The translations under genes were made by a program, and so were the position numbers. From Candidatus Gastranaerophilales bacterium (GTDB lineage: Bacteria > Cyanobacteriota > Vampirovibrionia > Gastranaerophilales > JAILCC01): a stretch of DNA of 64,000 nt. Position 1 is the stretch's first letter, and every line of letters starts with the position of its first letter. The notes beneath the pieces were generated by a model. It had not been told where the DNA came from, made no database searches, and saw nothing but the letters and a program-made list of their open reading frames with translations. The stretch lies in assembly GCA_028696075.1 (NCBI GenBank), contig JAQVHS010000005.1, forward strand, positions 6,656 through 70,655, given 5' to 3'. Of this stretch, positions 44,280-53,907 are shown one piece after another.

Positions 44280-45839
44280 TTACATTTGGCGGGTTTTGAT
44301 TTTATTTATAATCATTACGGCAGGCGAAAGTTTTAGTTTCAACGACAACAGGAAGTAAACAATTGCGCACAAAACAGTTATTATAGTTAGTTTAACAATC
44401 AAAAATATAATTGTGTGTTCAGGATGTAAATAAATAAAGAAAATATTTGCCAAAATCGCAACACCCGACATAATCATTGTAGCGAAGAAAATTTTCACCA
44501 CGGGTGTGGCAAACTTCAAATAATTCAACCCTATTTTTTTGCGTATTAAAAATGCCAGCAGCGTTGCATTAAATATCGTAACCATAGTCGTAGACAGCAT
44601 AATACCGCCTATGCCCATAGATTTTACAAACAGGTAGTTGGTGATAAATTTTACCGCTATGGAGAAAAACGCAATGACAAAAGGAGTTCTTGAGTCATTA
44701 AAAGCGTAGAAAACCCTTGTTAATGTATCTCTTGCCATATAAGGAATCATTGACAAAGTTATATAGAACATGGCTTCTGATACCATTAAAGTTGCATTAA
44801 GACCAAAAGCCCCCCTCTGGAACAAAATTGCAATGATGTCCTGCGTAAATATAAGACAAAACGCCGTTAAAGGAAATGCCAGAAACCACAAAGAATTAAG
44901 TCCTTCGTGAAAATATTTTCGCAGCGAGCCAAAATCCTGTTTGCCGACAAACGATGAAAACATCGGAAACAAAGGCACAAGCATAGCGGTTATCAGCACC
45001 CCTACAGGGAATTGGAAAACTCTGTTTGCATAGCCGATAGCAGACCATGCACCTTCTTCAAGCCCTGAGGTAAAGAACATATCAACGTAAATATTTATCT
45101 GTCCTATAGTTGTGCCGAGCATTGCAGGGAAAAGAATTTCGCCTATATTTTTGAGATTATCATCATTCAAAAAAAGTTTCGGATAATAAGAAAATCCTAT
45201 TTTTGCAAACACCGGCAGCTGGATTAAAAGCTGACCTATTGCCCCTGCCAATGTTGCATAAGCAAGTACCAAACCGCTTTTATCCACAGGTAGAAGCAAA
45301 AGCGCCGCTATAACTACGAAGCTTAAAATTGTAGGGCTTAGCGACGTGTAGAAAAATTCTTTATAAACGTTGGAAATACCGTAAAAAATCCCTATGATAC
45401 CGCCTATAAATATCATAGGCGACATTATGCGCAAATGCTCCACTGCAAGGAATTTTAGCTGACTGCTTCCTGCTTGTGCTATAAAATCAATAATTTGCGG
45501 AGCAAAGAAGAAAAACAACAGTGAAAATATCAAAAACACTATACCCGTGAGGGTTACAAAAGTATTAAACAACCTTTGGACATTAATTTCAGGTTTTTTC
45601 TCCACGTCGGGAATTAATTTTGAAAACACACTAACCGTAGCTGTGTGGAAAGGTCCGCCAAGTCCGCCCAATAAAATAATGGCAAGCGCCGGAAATTGGT
45701 ATGCATAAAAGTAAGCGTCGCTCACAAGAGTTGTCCCGTAGCACTTTGCTATGACAACGTCACGCAAAAAACCTGCTAATTTGCTAAAAATAGTAATTAC
45801 GGCTATCATAACTGTCGTTTTGTAAAGATTACTTTTCAT
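44280..45839 (-). CDS. murJ: lipid II flippase MurJ
   Basis: 519 aa, about 14 TM. N-terminal SKLAGFLRDVVIAKCYG typical of the MurJ/MviN family. Confidence 0.9.
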   Translation of the reverse strand: MKSNLYKTTVMIAVITIFSKLAGFLRDVVIAKCYGTTLVSDAYFYAYQFPALAIILLGGLGGPFHTATVSVFSKLIPDVEKKPEINVQRLFNTFVTLTGIVFLIFSLLFFFFAPQIIDFIAQAGSSQLKFLAVEHLRIMSPMIFIGGIIGIFYGISNVYKEFFYTSLSPTILSFVVIAALLLLPVDKSGLVLAYATLAGAIGQLLIQLPVFAKIGFSYYPKLFLNDDNLKNIGEILFPAMLGTTIGQINIYVDMFFTSGLEEGAWSAIGYANRVFQFPVGVLITAMLVPLFPMFSSFVGKQDFGSLRKYFHEGLNSLWFLAFPLTAFCLIFTQDIIAILFQRGAFGLNATLMVSEAMFYITLSMIPYMARDTLTRVFYAFNDSRTPFVIAFFSIAVKFITNYLFVKSMGIGGIMLSTTMVTIFNATLLAFLIRKKIGLNYLKFATPVVKIFFATMIMSGVAILANIFFIYLHPEHTIIFLIVKLTIITVLCAIVYFLLSLKLKLSPAVMIINKIKTRQM

Positions 45840-47505
45840 CGCTGCTGCCTGATATTTCTACATAAAATTTTACATTATTCGGGGAAAGTTCAAACAACCG
45901 TTGATTATTTTTAACAAGGTTTATTTGATTTTGACCTTTAATCAGATAGTCTTCTACATTGACTTTGGCTTTTTTGTTTGAAAATTCGTTAGCGGAAATT
46001 TTCAGTTCTTTGCCGTTAATTTCAAATAGGGTATCATGCGCTATAAATGAATATTCTACGATTAAATTCCCTTTCGGCTGCGGGTCATAAAAAGAAACCC
46101 CGCATACTGCATTTGATTTCAAATGACATACCAAAGGAAAAGTTCCTATGGCTATTCCCGTATAATAGTGTTTTAAAATATCATCGTATTTAAAACCGTG
46201 TTTTGCCATGTAACCTGCGCCGTATTGGCTCAACCCCACTCCATGCCCAAATCCGCCGCCAAAAGCCCTAATGTCCGTGATTTTGCCGGTATCATCGCTT
46301 TTAATATCAAAGAAAACATTTCCGCTTGGCAGCCATTTGTTATTATATTGAAAAATTTTTCTTATTGTAATTTCTTTTGCTATGTACCAAATTCCTTTTG
46401 TAGTTTCGATTTTAACGTACATTGCTTTGCCGCTTACGCCTCTTTTTAAAACAGAAATATCAAGAATTTCGCCAAAATCGGCTTCATTTTCAAGTTTTGG
46501 TTTAACAAAGCCCGATGAAGATTGTTGTTTTAACGTTTTCTTCAAAATATTTTCAAGTTCATCCTTTCCCCAGGTATAATCCCATCTGTAGAGCGGAGAA
46601 TCTATATCGTAAGTCTTTACTTTATTTTCCCAAAAGACCCTTGCAAGCGTCTCATCAGACAAATCATAATCACCTTTTGTGTCTTTTACCCCTTTTAAAT
46701 AAGAAATCGGGTCTGAGGGATATTTGATTTTTTTGCCGTTTGATGTTGAAAAAACATTTTCATAATTCTCCGTATGCCCGCCTGCTGTTGATGAATAAAG
46801 CGATAAAATTATATCTCCGTTATAAAGCGCAAACTGCCCTTTAGTTTCATCCACTGCCCTGTCTGATAATTCATCGTGGGTATTTTTGCCGAAATATACC
46901 TGCGAGCTTGTTGTATCACTTACATCATAATCACGGTTTTGGTCGGTATTTTCTCTGAAAACATAACCCCTTGCAGCAACTGCTTGTGCTTTTAGCGCTT
47001 CCAGCCCGAAATACACAGGCATTTCGTTAGGTACAACACCTTTTAAATATTCTTCGACATCAAGAATATTTATAAGTTTCAATTTATTTGTATTGTTTAT
47101 ACTCAGTTCCAAAAGTCCGGCATACAATGCAGGCTTGGATTTTTTACACAAACTCGCAACAGATAAAGGTTGCTTGGAATTAATAAAAACTTTGTTCGCT
47201 TTTAATACTTTATAAATTTTTCCCGCATTAGCAAACAAAATAAAATCATTGTCTACGGTAATATTAGTTGTTTTATCAGGTTCTGATTTAAAAAGAAAAT
47301 TCTGCCCGTCAAATACAAAATACTCCTCTGCCGAAGTTATAGCCAAGGAAGTATGGTCATATCTGCCGCTTTTGGTATCTGAAATTAAAACTCTTACCAG
47401 ATTTTTTTCCACATCTACAGCATAAATCGGCTGCAAATAAAATAATTGCAGACAAAAAATAATTATTAACCCAAACAAAATTTGCTTCAAAAAGCTGTTA
47501 AACAA
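45829..47505 (-). CDS. SpoIID/LytB-domain protein
   Basis: EEYLKGVVPNEMP, EALKAQAVAARGY and SSTAGGHTEN motifs of the SpoIID family. N-terminal TM/signal segment. Confidence 0.85.
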   Translation of the reverse strand: MFNSFLKQILFGLIIIFCLQLFYLQPIYAVDVEKNLVRVLISDTKSGRYDHTSLAITSAEEYFVFDGQNFLFKSEPDKTTNITVDNDFILFANAGKIYKVLKANKVFINSKQPLSVASLCKKSKPALYAGLLELSINNTNKLKLINILDVEEYLKGVVPNEMPVYFGLEALKAQAVAARGYVFRENTDQNRDYDVSDTTSSQVYFGKNTHDELSDRAVDETKGQFALYNGDIILSLYSSTAGGHTENYENVFSTSNGKKIKYPSDPISYLKGVKDTKGDYDLSDETLARVFWENKVKTYDIDSPLYRWDYTWGKDELENILKKTLKQQSSSGFVKPKLENEADFGEILDISVLKRGVSGKAMYVKIETTKGIWYIAKEITIRKIFQYNNKWLPSGNVFFDIKSDDTGKITDIRAFGGGFGHGVGLSQYGAGYMAKHGFKYDDILKHYYTGIAIGTFPLVCHLKSNAVCGVSFYDPQPKGNLIVEYSFIAHDTLFEINGKELKISANEFSNKKAKVNVEDYLIKGQNQINLVKNNQRLFELSPNNVKFYVEISGSSDEK

Positions 47506-47719
47506 TTTTAAAACCTAAAAGAAATGATACCACAGTAAAAATTACAGCAACTATTGTCGTCAATTTATTAAGCCCTGCTTCTGCACCTTTTTGACTTGAA
47601 AATAATTGCGCAGCTCCGCCAAGCATGCTCATTCCGTCGCCTTTGGGGGAGTGAAGTAATATTAAAAATATTACAAGTACTCCTGATAGGACTTGAACTA
47701 TTTGTAATGCATTAACCAT
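47498..47719 (-). CDS. secG: preprotein translocase subunit SecG
   Basis: 73 aa, two TM with a central LLHSPKGDG..GGA motif. Confidence 0.85.
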   Translation of the reverse strand: MVNALQIVQVLSGVLVIFLILLHSPKGDGMSMLGGAAQLFSSQKGAEAGLNKLTTIVAVIFTVVSFLLGFKIV

Positions 47720-47875
47720 CTTTTTCTCCTTGAAATATTTTTAATAATACCACAAATAAAAAACAAATTTTAAAAATTGTAAATTATTATTACATAACCT
47801 CAAAACATGTAGCAACTTTATCTTTTCACCAATTTATAATAAACGTAAGCATCTTGAGGTTAAGGTTTTAGTTAA

Positions 47876-48970
47876 ATGGTATCAGCTGTAAATCTTCCGT
47901 TAACAACGAATAAGCCGACCACACCGGCAGGATATCAAATGGAGTCTGTACAAGGCTCCAGATACCAGATGGCGCCTTCTGAAAAGGGCGCTTTTGACGC
48001 GACTACAGCTCATAATATGAAAGACACCATGCTTTCTAACGGTATTATCACCAAATTTAAGGTAGGGATAGAGCAAGGTGCTAAAACCCCTGAATATATG
48101 TATAGAGGGCTTAAAGGCGATCCTGATTTTAATTTCTTTGAATTTCTGAAAGTTTGTAAATTTCCCTATCTTATAGGTGGACCTGTTTTGGCATTAGTTT
48201 ATCTTGCCGGCAGAAATACCGCTACCAATGCTTTAAAAAATTCTAATACTAACCTGTTTAAAAAGATGGCTTTGGGTGTTGCCCTTTACTATGCAGGCGT
48301 TGAGCTTGCAAAAATGGCTATAAATACACCCGTTAAATTAATGAGAGGGATTGACCTAAACCACCCATACAAAGATGTTGTTGACTTAAGAGAGGGTACA
48401 CCGCTTGAACTTCCTGCCAATAAAAAGAAAGAATACCATAAGGTTTTTGAGAGCTGTGAGTTTACAAGATGGGATTTAATGTACAATTCCAAAGGCAAAA
48501 ATAATAAAGACATTAATGAAAACTACAACCGCCTGGCGCGCAGATTTGGAATGAAAGGACCGATTGCAGACAGTGATTCTGCGGTTCAGGACAAAGTCAA
48601 AAAACTGATTATTATGTCAACGGCATGGAAAACCATGCTTATGATTCCGTTTGTTACCCTGGGTATTGGCTTGGCTCAGCAAGACAGCATTAATAACATA
48701 AGCTTTAGAAACATTATCAATAATACAAAAAATTTATTTACTAAAAATCCTAATAAATTTTTAACCTTTAAAGTTTCCATGCAAGAGGTCGGCAAAAATA
48801 TTAAAAACGGTTTTATTGAATTATGGAAAGGCAATAACAAATTTTCGGGCGCTTTAGGCAAAGCTGTTATTTTATCAAGTATTATTTTACCTGTTTTAGC
48901 TAATACTCTGATTTTCCATAAGACTTCTTTAAGCGGTGAAAACACTCCTTCTAAATCAAGGAGGGCATAA
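47876..48970 (+). CDS. hypothetical membrane protein, N-terminal module paralogous to the next gene
   Basis: TM pair plus the segment PVKLMRGIDL..F.RWDLM..RFGM..VQDKVKK aligns with PIKLTKGVDL..Y.CWDLI..KLGV..IRDKYKQ of the 982-aa protein. Confidence 0.55.
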   Translation: MVSAVNLPLTTNKPTTPAGYQMESVQGSRYQMAPSEKGAFDATTAHNMKDTMLSNGIITKFKVGIEQGAKTPEYMYRGLKGDPDFNFFEFLKVCKFPYLIGGPVLALVYLAGRNTATNALKNSNTNLFKKMALGVALYYAGVELAKMAINTPVKLMRGIDLNHPYKDVVDLREGTPLELPANKKKEYHKVFESCEFTRWDLMYNSKGKNNKDINENYNRLARRFGMKGPIADSDSAVQDKVKKLIIMSTAWKTMLMIPFVTLGIGLAQQDSINNISFRNIINNTKNLFTKNPNKFLTFKVSMQEVGKNIKNGFIELWKGNNKFSGALGKAVILSSIILPVLANTLIFHKTSLSGENTPSKSRRA

Positions 48971-48972
48971 TA

Positions 48973-51921
48973 ATGACTTCAATGCTTACGAATTATGCCA
49001 ACCTGCTGCAAGTAAAAAACAATACTCAAGCACCTCAACAAAAAGGTGTAATCCCTGCTGTCATTAATCAGGAAAGTTTAAAAACAGGCGTAGCTGCTTA
49101 TGCCCCCAAAGGACATTTGGTAAAAGACTCTTTCTTAAAATCTCTTGCCACTCCTTTTGTTCAGGATTATCAAAATATTAAAAATTTCTTCAAAGCAATA
49201 AACGGCAAAGGAACAGATTATTCAATCGGCAGAATTAACGACACCGCAATCAAGCTCGGCAGTTTAGGCATCGCTGCAATACTAGCTTCTTCCAAAGGTT
49301 CTCCTCTCAGAAAAGGTATGGAGTTCATAGGTCTGGGATGTTGGTTTGGAGCTATGTCGCTTTGGCCAAAACTGGCTGTTTACGCTCCTATCAAACTAAC
49401 CAAAGGGGTTGACCTGGAATTAAAATACGTTGACAGCTACGGCAGAAAAAAACTCTTCTCTCAAGACCCTCAATATATTTGCTGGGATTTAATTTCTGAT
49501 AAAGAACTTAATAGAATAGGCGATAAACTGGGTGTTCCTCGAAATATTGATGACAGAAAAGGTGCGATTAGGGATAAATATAAACAAATATCTGTTCAAG
49601 GCAATACTATTGCTATGATGACGGCAGGGTTCGCTACTCCTCTTGTTGCAAGTTTAGCCGCTGACCAAATAGGCAAACACGTCTACAGCCCTTTGTTAGG
49701 CAAAATCCAAAACGCTTCTGCGGCAAAAGCCTTAGCCAAGCTAGACGGACACATAGACAAAATTCATACAAATCAAACCCTTGAAACACAAATTGAAAAC
49801 ATGCTAAAAGGGTCTTCTTTGGATGAAAAGCTTAAATCATCGGTTAAAGCTTTATTTAAAGCTGAAGCAGTGGGAACAGAAACTCAGGAAACCGTTGCAC
49901 TTACCGTAGATAAAATATTTAAGTCTTTGTCGGGCAAAGAAGCTGTTACGGTTGTTGATGACAATTTAGCTCAAGAAATTATCAAAACTATTCAAGGCTC
50001 ACAAAAACGAGCCATTGACCCTAGAGTGCAAACAATTTTAGATAAACTTCCAAACAGTATCAAGGGTAAAACTTTAAACCGTATGGAAGTCGATACTTAT
50101 ATAGCGCAAGTTAAAAATACCTTGATAAAAAACCGTGTTTTAACAGATAACAGAAGAATAAATCAGGCGGTCGAAAATTTGAACAACTTATTCAAATCAA
50201 AAGCAACGGTTCAAATGGCAAATCCACAGGCAGCTGTTGATAAGTTAAAAGATGTTGCCCGTATGATTCAAACTTATAAAGTTTCTGTTAACCAAAGTAT
50301 GGATAAGGTTCTAAAAGCAACTGTTTTGGGTGATTCTTCCAATATTGCCAAACTTTGGGAAAGTACTTTTAAAAAGGTTATCCAAGCCTTTGATATCAAA
50401 GGCGCAGCTCTGAAGGAACTTGCCGCTACACCTTCCATAGAAAGAAGAAATGAAATTTTAGAAAAAGCTCTCAGAGGTATCGTTAGTCCTGACGGCAAAT
50501 TTGAACAAACTGTTAAATCTTTGCAAGTTATTGCAGACAACGCAATTGAAACTAACAAAAAGGCGCTTGAAACTTCTTTAAAATATCTTGATAATATGGA
50601 AGAAATGTTTGCTAAAAATTTCCCTGCAGGGGAATTAAAGGAACTGCACAACCAGTTTGCAATAATGATTTCACAAAGAAGACAAAATCTTATCGCAAAA
50701 TATGTCAGCACTAATAACACCTTCCAGGCTCCTTTAAGAATGCTTAGTGTTTTTGATAACCTCAAGGCCGACCTTGGTACGGCATCGGATTACATGGCAA
50801 AGCTTACCCGCGATTACGGCTTTGATACTAAAACAATCAAATCCTTGTTTGATTCTGATGATGCCGGCGTGAGAAGTATTCTAAAGAACGTTAACCTTAA
50901 TTTTGGCGAGGATAAAATTAAAGATATAATTGCATCGTTAAATTCCAACGAAGCTAAGATTGCAAAACAGTCTAATATCATTAAAAATATGTTATTTGAT
51001 TCTCTTAACGTAGATAATTTTATAAACAAATTCGACAAGTACAAATTACAGATGAATAACCAAAAGGCTTATGATTTTTGTTTAGATACCGTGTTAGGTC
51101 CTTTGGGTAATCGTGTAAAAGGGGCAATGTCAAATTCAGCGCATAATACTGCTGATGTTATAGACCAAAATAATCGTATTTTCAGAGTTCTGTTTACTGA
51201 TTTATGTGATGATGTAAATATGCGGTTTGGCAAAAGACCATCGCTGGTACAAACGGTTGAAACCCTCAAAGGCTCCGTCATAGGTAACTATATGGACGAC
51301 TTCTTTAATATTGGCAAAAACGGTGAATCTACAGAATATGCCAAAGCTGTTTTATCCAAATTTATTCCTTCTGAAGGCAATGGTCTTGATGCTATACAAA
51401 AATTCAACTATAAACTGCCTATTGCCGCTCAAAAAGGTGTGGAGTTAAGTCAGGTTCCATACATTAATTTAAAAGAATTCTATAGTATTGCGGATAAAAG
51501 TGCATATGATCGTTTAACCCATATAAAACACTCCGGCAATAAGAATTTATCTTTAATTAACGAGTTTTACGAACAATTGAATAGTTATGCCAAAAACGGT
51601 AAGGCAAAAATCAGAACATTTTTTACTTTATTTAATGAGAAGGACTTAACTCTGGGTGCAGATAACAGTGCAATCAGAAAATTGTTCTATAATTCTAATC
51701 TTGGTTATGCAAAACCCGGCAAGTTAACCGATGTAGGAGGTAAAGTGTTCGGTGATTTCTTACAAGAATCTGCGCAGCAGGTACTATCTTACAAGTCATG
51801 GTTCACAAGAGTAGGCATAGCTTTAGGTGTCCTCGCAGGGGTTACGGCTGTGGCGGTAGCAATGGTAGGCAGAAAAAATGCATTTAATCCTGATGTTTAT
51901 GAAAAAAAGAAAGGGGCGTAA
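48973..51921 (+). CDS. large (982 aa) helical membrane protein, unknown function
   Basis: Hydrophobic hairpin near residues 95-140 and a C-terminal TM (VGIALGVLAGVTAVAVAMVG). 2-nt gap from the upstream gene. No family recognised. Confidence 0.6.
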   Translation: MTSMLTNYANLLQVKNNTQAPQQKGVIPAVINQESLKTGVAAYAPKGHLVKDSFLKSLATPFVQDYQNIKNFFKAINGKGTDYSIGRINDTAIKLGSLGIAAILASSKGSPLRKGMEFIGLGCWFGAMSLWPKLAVYAPIKLTKGVDLELKYVDSYGRKKLFSQDPQYICWDLISDKELNRIGDKLGVPRNIDDRKGAIRDKYKQISVQGNTIAMMTAGFATPLVASLAADQIGKHVYSPLLGKIQNASAAKALAKLDGHIDKIHTNQTLETQIENMLKGSSLDEKLKSSVKALFKAEAVGTETQETVALTVDKIFKSLSGKEAVTVVDDNLAQEIIKTIQGSQKRAIDPRVQTILDKLPNSIKGKTLNRMEVDTYIAQVKNTLIKNRVLTDNRRINQAVENLNNLFKSKATVQMANPQAAVDKLKDVARMIQTYKVSVNQSMDKVLKATVLGDSSNIAKLWESTFKKVIQAFDIKGAALKELAATPSIERRNEILEKALRGIVSPDGKFEQTVKSLQVIADNAIETNKKALETSLKYLDNMEEMFAKNFPAGELKELHNQFAIMISQRRQNLIAKYVSTNNTFQAPLRMLSVFDNLKADLGTASDYMAKLTRDYGFDTKTIKSLFDSDDAGVRSILKNVNLNFGEDKIKDIIASLNSNEAKIAKQSNIIKNMLFDSLNVDNFINKFDKYKLQMNNQKAYDFCLDTVLGPLGNRVKGAMSNSAHNTADVIDQNNRIFRVLFTDLCDDVNMRFGKRPSLVQTVETLKGSVIGNYMDDFFNIGKNGESTEYAKAVLSKFIPSEGNGLDAIQKFNYKLPIAAQKGVELSQVPYINLKEFYSIADKSAYDRLTHIKHSGNKNLSLINEFYEQLNSYAKNGKAKIRTFFTLFNEKDLTLGADNSAIRKLFYNSNLGYAKPGKLTDVGGKVFGDFLQESAQQVLSYKSWFTRVGIALGVLAGVTAVAVAMVGRKNAFNPDVYEKKKGA

Positions 51922-51925
51922 TTAA

Positions 51926-53665
51926 ATGATAGTTAATTCCTCCTCTAATAAATATTCTTTCAAGGGCAGTGATTTTATCGCAAATTATGCGCAAAATTTT
52001 ATCACTAAACCAATCCCTGAAGTAAAACAGGAACAAGCACCCGCAGCAAATACCGCTTTGACGGGTAATGACTTTATTGCAAATTATGCACAGGTTTTAG
52101 TAAACAGGACAAAGCCTGCGGTAAAAACTGAACAAGCTCAAACACCACAAATTGCGTGGAAGAATGATTTGCGCTCTATGTTTGAAAATAATAAAGTAGT
52201 TATGCATGCCTTAATTCCAAGAACCTTCAATGCCAAAGACAAAGACGGCAACCACCTTATAGAAGACGGCGAAGAGCAGGGAACTTTTTACAATGCGGTT
52301 GAAAGGCTTGATGAATTAAAAAAATACGGCGTAAATACTCTTCACCTTCTGCCTATTAATCCTCCCGGAACAACAGGAGCGTTTGGTACCGCCGGCAGTC
52401 TTTATGCACCAAAAGATTATCTTCAGATTGATGAAACCCTGGGCGGCAAAGAAGGGTTTAAATACTTCGTAGATGAATGTCATAAAAAAGGTATAAGAGT
52501 TATGGTAGACTTGCCAAGCTGTGCTTCTTTAGACTTGTTTAACGCAAGACCCGATTTGATGGCTGTAGATGAGCGCGGATACGCAGAAACACCGCAAGGA
52601 TGGCAAGATATCAGAATGTTTGACCCTTATACGGACAAAGATAAGAAAATTTTAAATAAAGCTTTGGTGGATTATCATAAACAATTTGTAGATATGCTGC
52701 TTGAATGTGGCGCTGACGGTATCAGAGCAGACGTTGCAAGAGCGAAACCCGCAGAGTTTTGGGATGAGATAATTTCTTACACAAGAAGCAAAAATCCTGA
52801 ATTTGCATTCCTGGCAGAAACTTATACCTATGAAGACGCTTCGCCGATGTTAAACATGCCCCATGACAGACCTGAAGAGCTTCTGGCTGTGGGTTTTGAT
52901 TCATATTACGGACAATATCACATCTTCCCGTTACGCCAAAAAGCGAGTTACCTTCACGATTATGTTGTAGAAAACCTTGATATGAGCCACAGATTGCCAA
53001 AAGGGAAGTCGTTAATAGGTTCATTTGCCACTCACGATGACAAAAGCCCTATATCAAACGGCGGAGTGCCTTATTGTAATCTGACAACAGGTTTACAGTT
53101 TACTTTGCCCATGACTAATCCTTATTTTGTTACAGGCTTTGAATCCGGTGATACATACATTTATCCTTACAAAGATAAACCCGCTCAAAAAAGCGCCACT
53201 GATTCTTTCCAATATATTGTCCACTCTCAAATGGTAGATATATTTAACCTTTCAAGAAAACCCGGCGGCGAACACCCTGAAATAGGTGATTTTATGGGCA
53301 GAATGGCTCAAATAAGAAAAGACCACGAAGATTTAATAGCTAAAGGTTCTTACATTCCTTTCAAAGATACCCAAAATAAAAATGATAAAATTATTGCTTA
53401 TGCAAGACATAAAGACGGTAAAACCCTTTTGACAATTGCAAACAGAGATGTTAATGCAGTGCAAAAAGGTAAAATTACCATCCCCGGACTAAAAGCTTCA
53501 CAACCTTTGGTAGATTTAACCCTTCCATACGGGCAGCCAAGCAGATACACGGCGCTAAATAATACCGTTGAAGTTGAATTAGGACCGGCAAGAGTTCATG
53601 TGTTTGAAATAGATACTCCTGATATAGAAAAAAAAGCAAAAGAAGTTTACAAGCAAAATATTTAA
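51926..53665 (+). CDS. GH13 alpha-amylase-family glycoside hydrolase with duplicated N-terminal peptide motif
   Basis: GH13 regions GIRADVARA (nucleophile Asp), FLAETY (acid/base Glu) and FATHDD. The N-terminus carries two copies of DFIANYAQ-x(15)-EQA. Confidence 0.8.
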   Translation: MIVNSSSNKYSFKGSDFIANYAQNFITKPIPEVKQEQAPAANTALTGNDFIANYAQVLVNRTKPAVKTEQAQTPQIAWKNDLRSMFENNKVVMHALIPRTFNAKDKDGNHLIEDGEEQGTFYNAVERLDELKKYGVNTLHLLPINPPGTTGAFGTAGSLYAPKDYLQIDETLGGKEGFKYFVDECHKKGIRVMVDLPSCASLDLFNARPDLMAVDERGYAETPQGWQDIRMFDPYTDKDKKILNKALVDYHKQFVDMLLECGADGIRADVARAKPAEFWDEIISYTRSKNPEFAFLAETYTYEDASPMLNMPHDRPEELLAVGFDSYYGQYHIFPLRQKASYLHDYVVENLDMSHRLPKGKSLIGSFATHDDKSPISNGGVPYCNLTTGLQFTLPMTNPYFVTGFESGDTYIYPYKDKPAQKSATDSFQYIVHSQMVDIFNLSRKPGGEHPEIGDFMGRMAQIRKDHEDLIAKGSYIPFKDTQNKNDKIIAYARHKDGKTLLTIANRDVNAVQKGKITIPGLKASQPLVDLTLPYGQPSRYTALNNTVEVELGPARVHVFEIDTPDIEKKAKEVYKQNI

Positions 53666-53907
53666 AAACGAAGTTGCAGTGGTGCAGGCGCAAGGGGCTA
53701 CAGGTGTAGGTGGTGCAGGGGCGGCGCGGCGGTGGTGCAGAAGCGCAGGCAATACCTGGCTTAAACTGATTTTCGGTTCCTCACTGCGCCCGTTACGGCA
53801 CAGTAACAAAAACATTAAGAAATGTTACAATTTTTCTGTTTGTTGAAATATCAGATAATGTATAACTTTTATATATAATATGTACGGGTAAAATAAGGAG
53901 TAGCAGC

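Noticed and set aside
53579-53815. 78-aa minus-strand ORF across the GC-rich island
   Set aside because: It has an Ala/Pro/Arg-rich low-complexity translation and no RBS. It overlaps the GH13 3' end. The signal is nucleotide-level, not coding.
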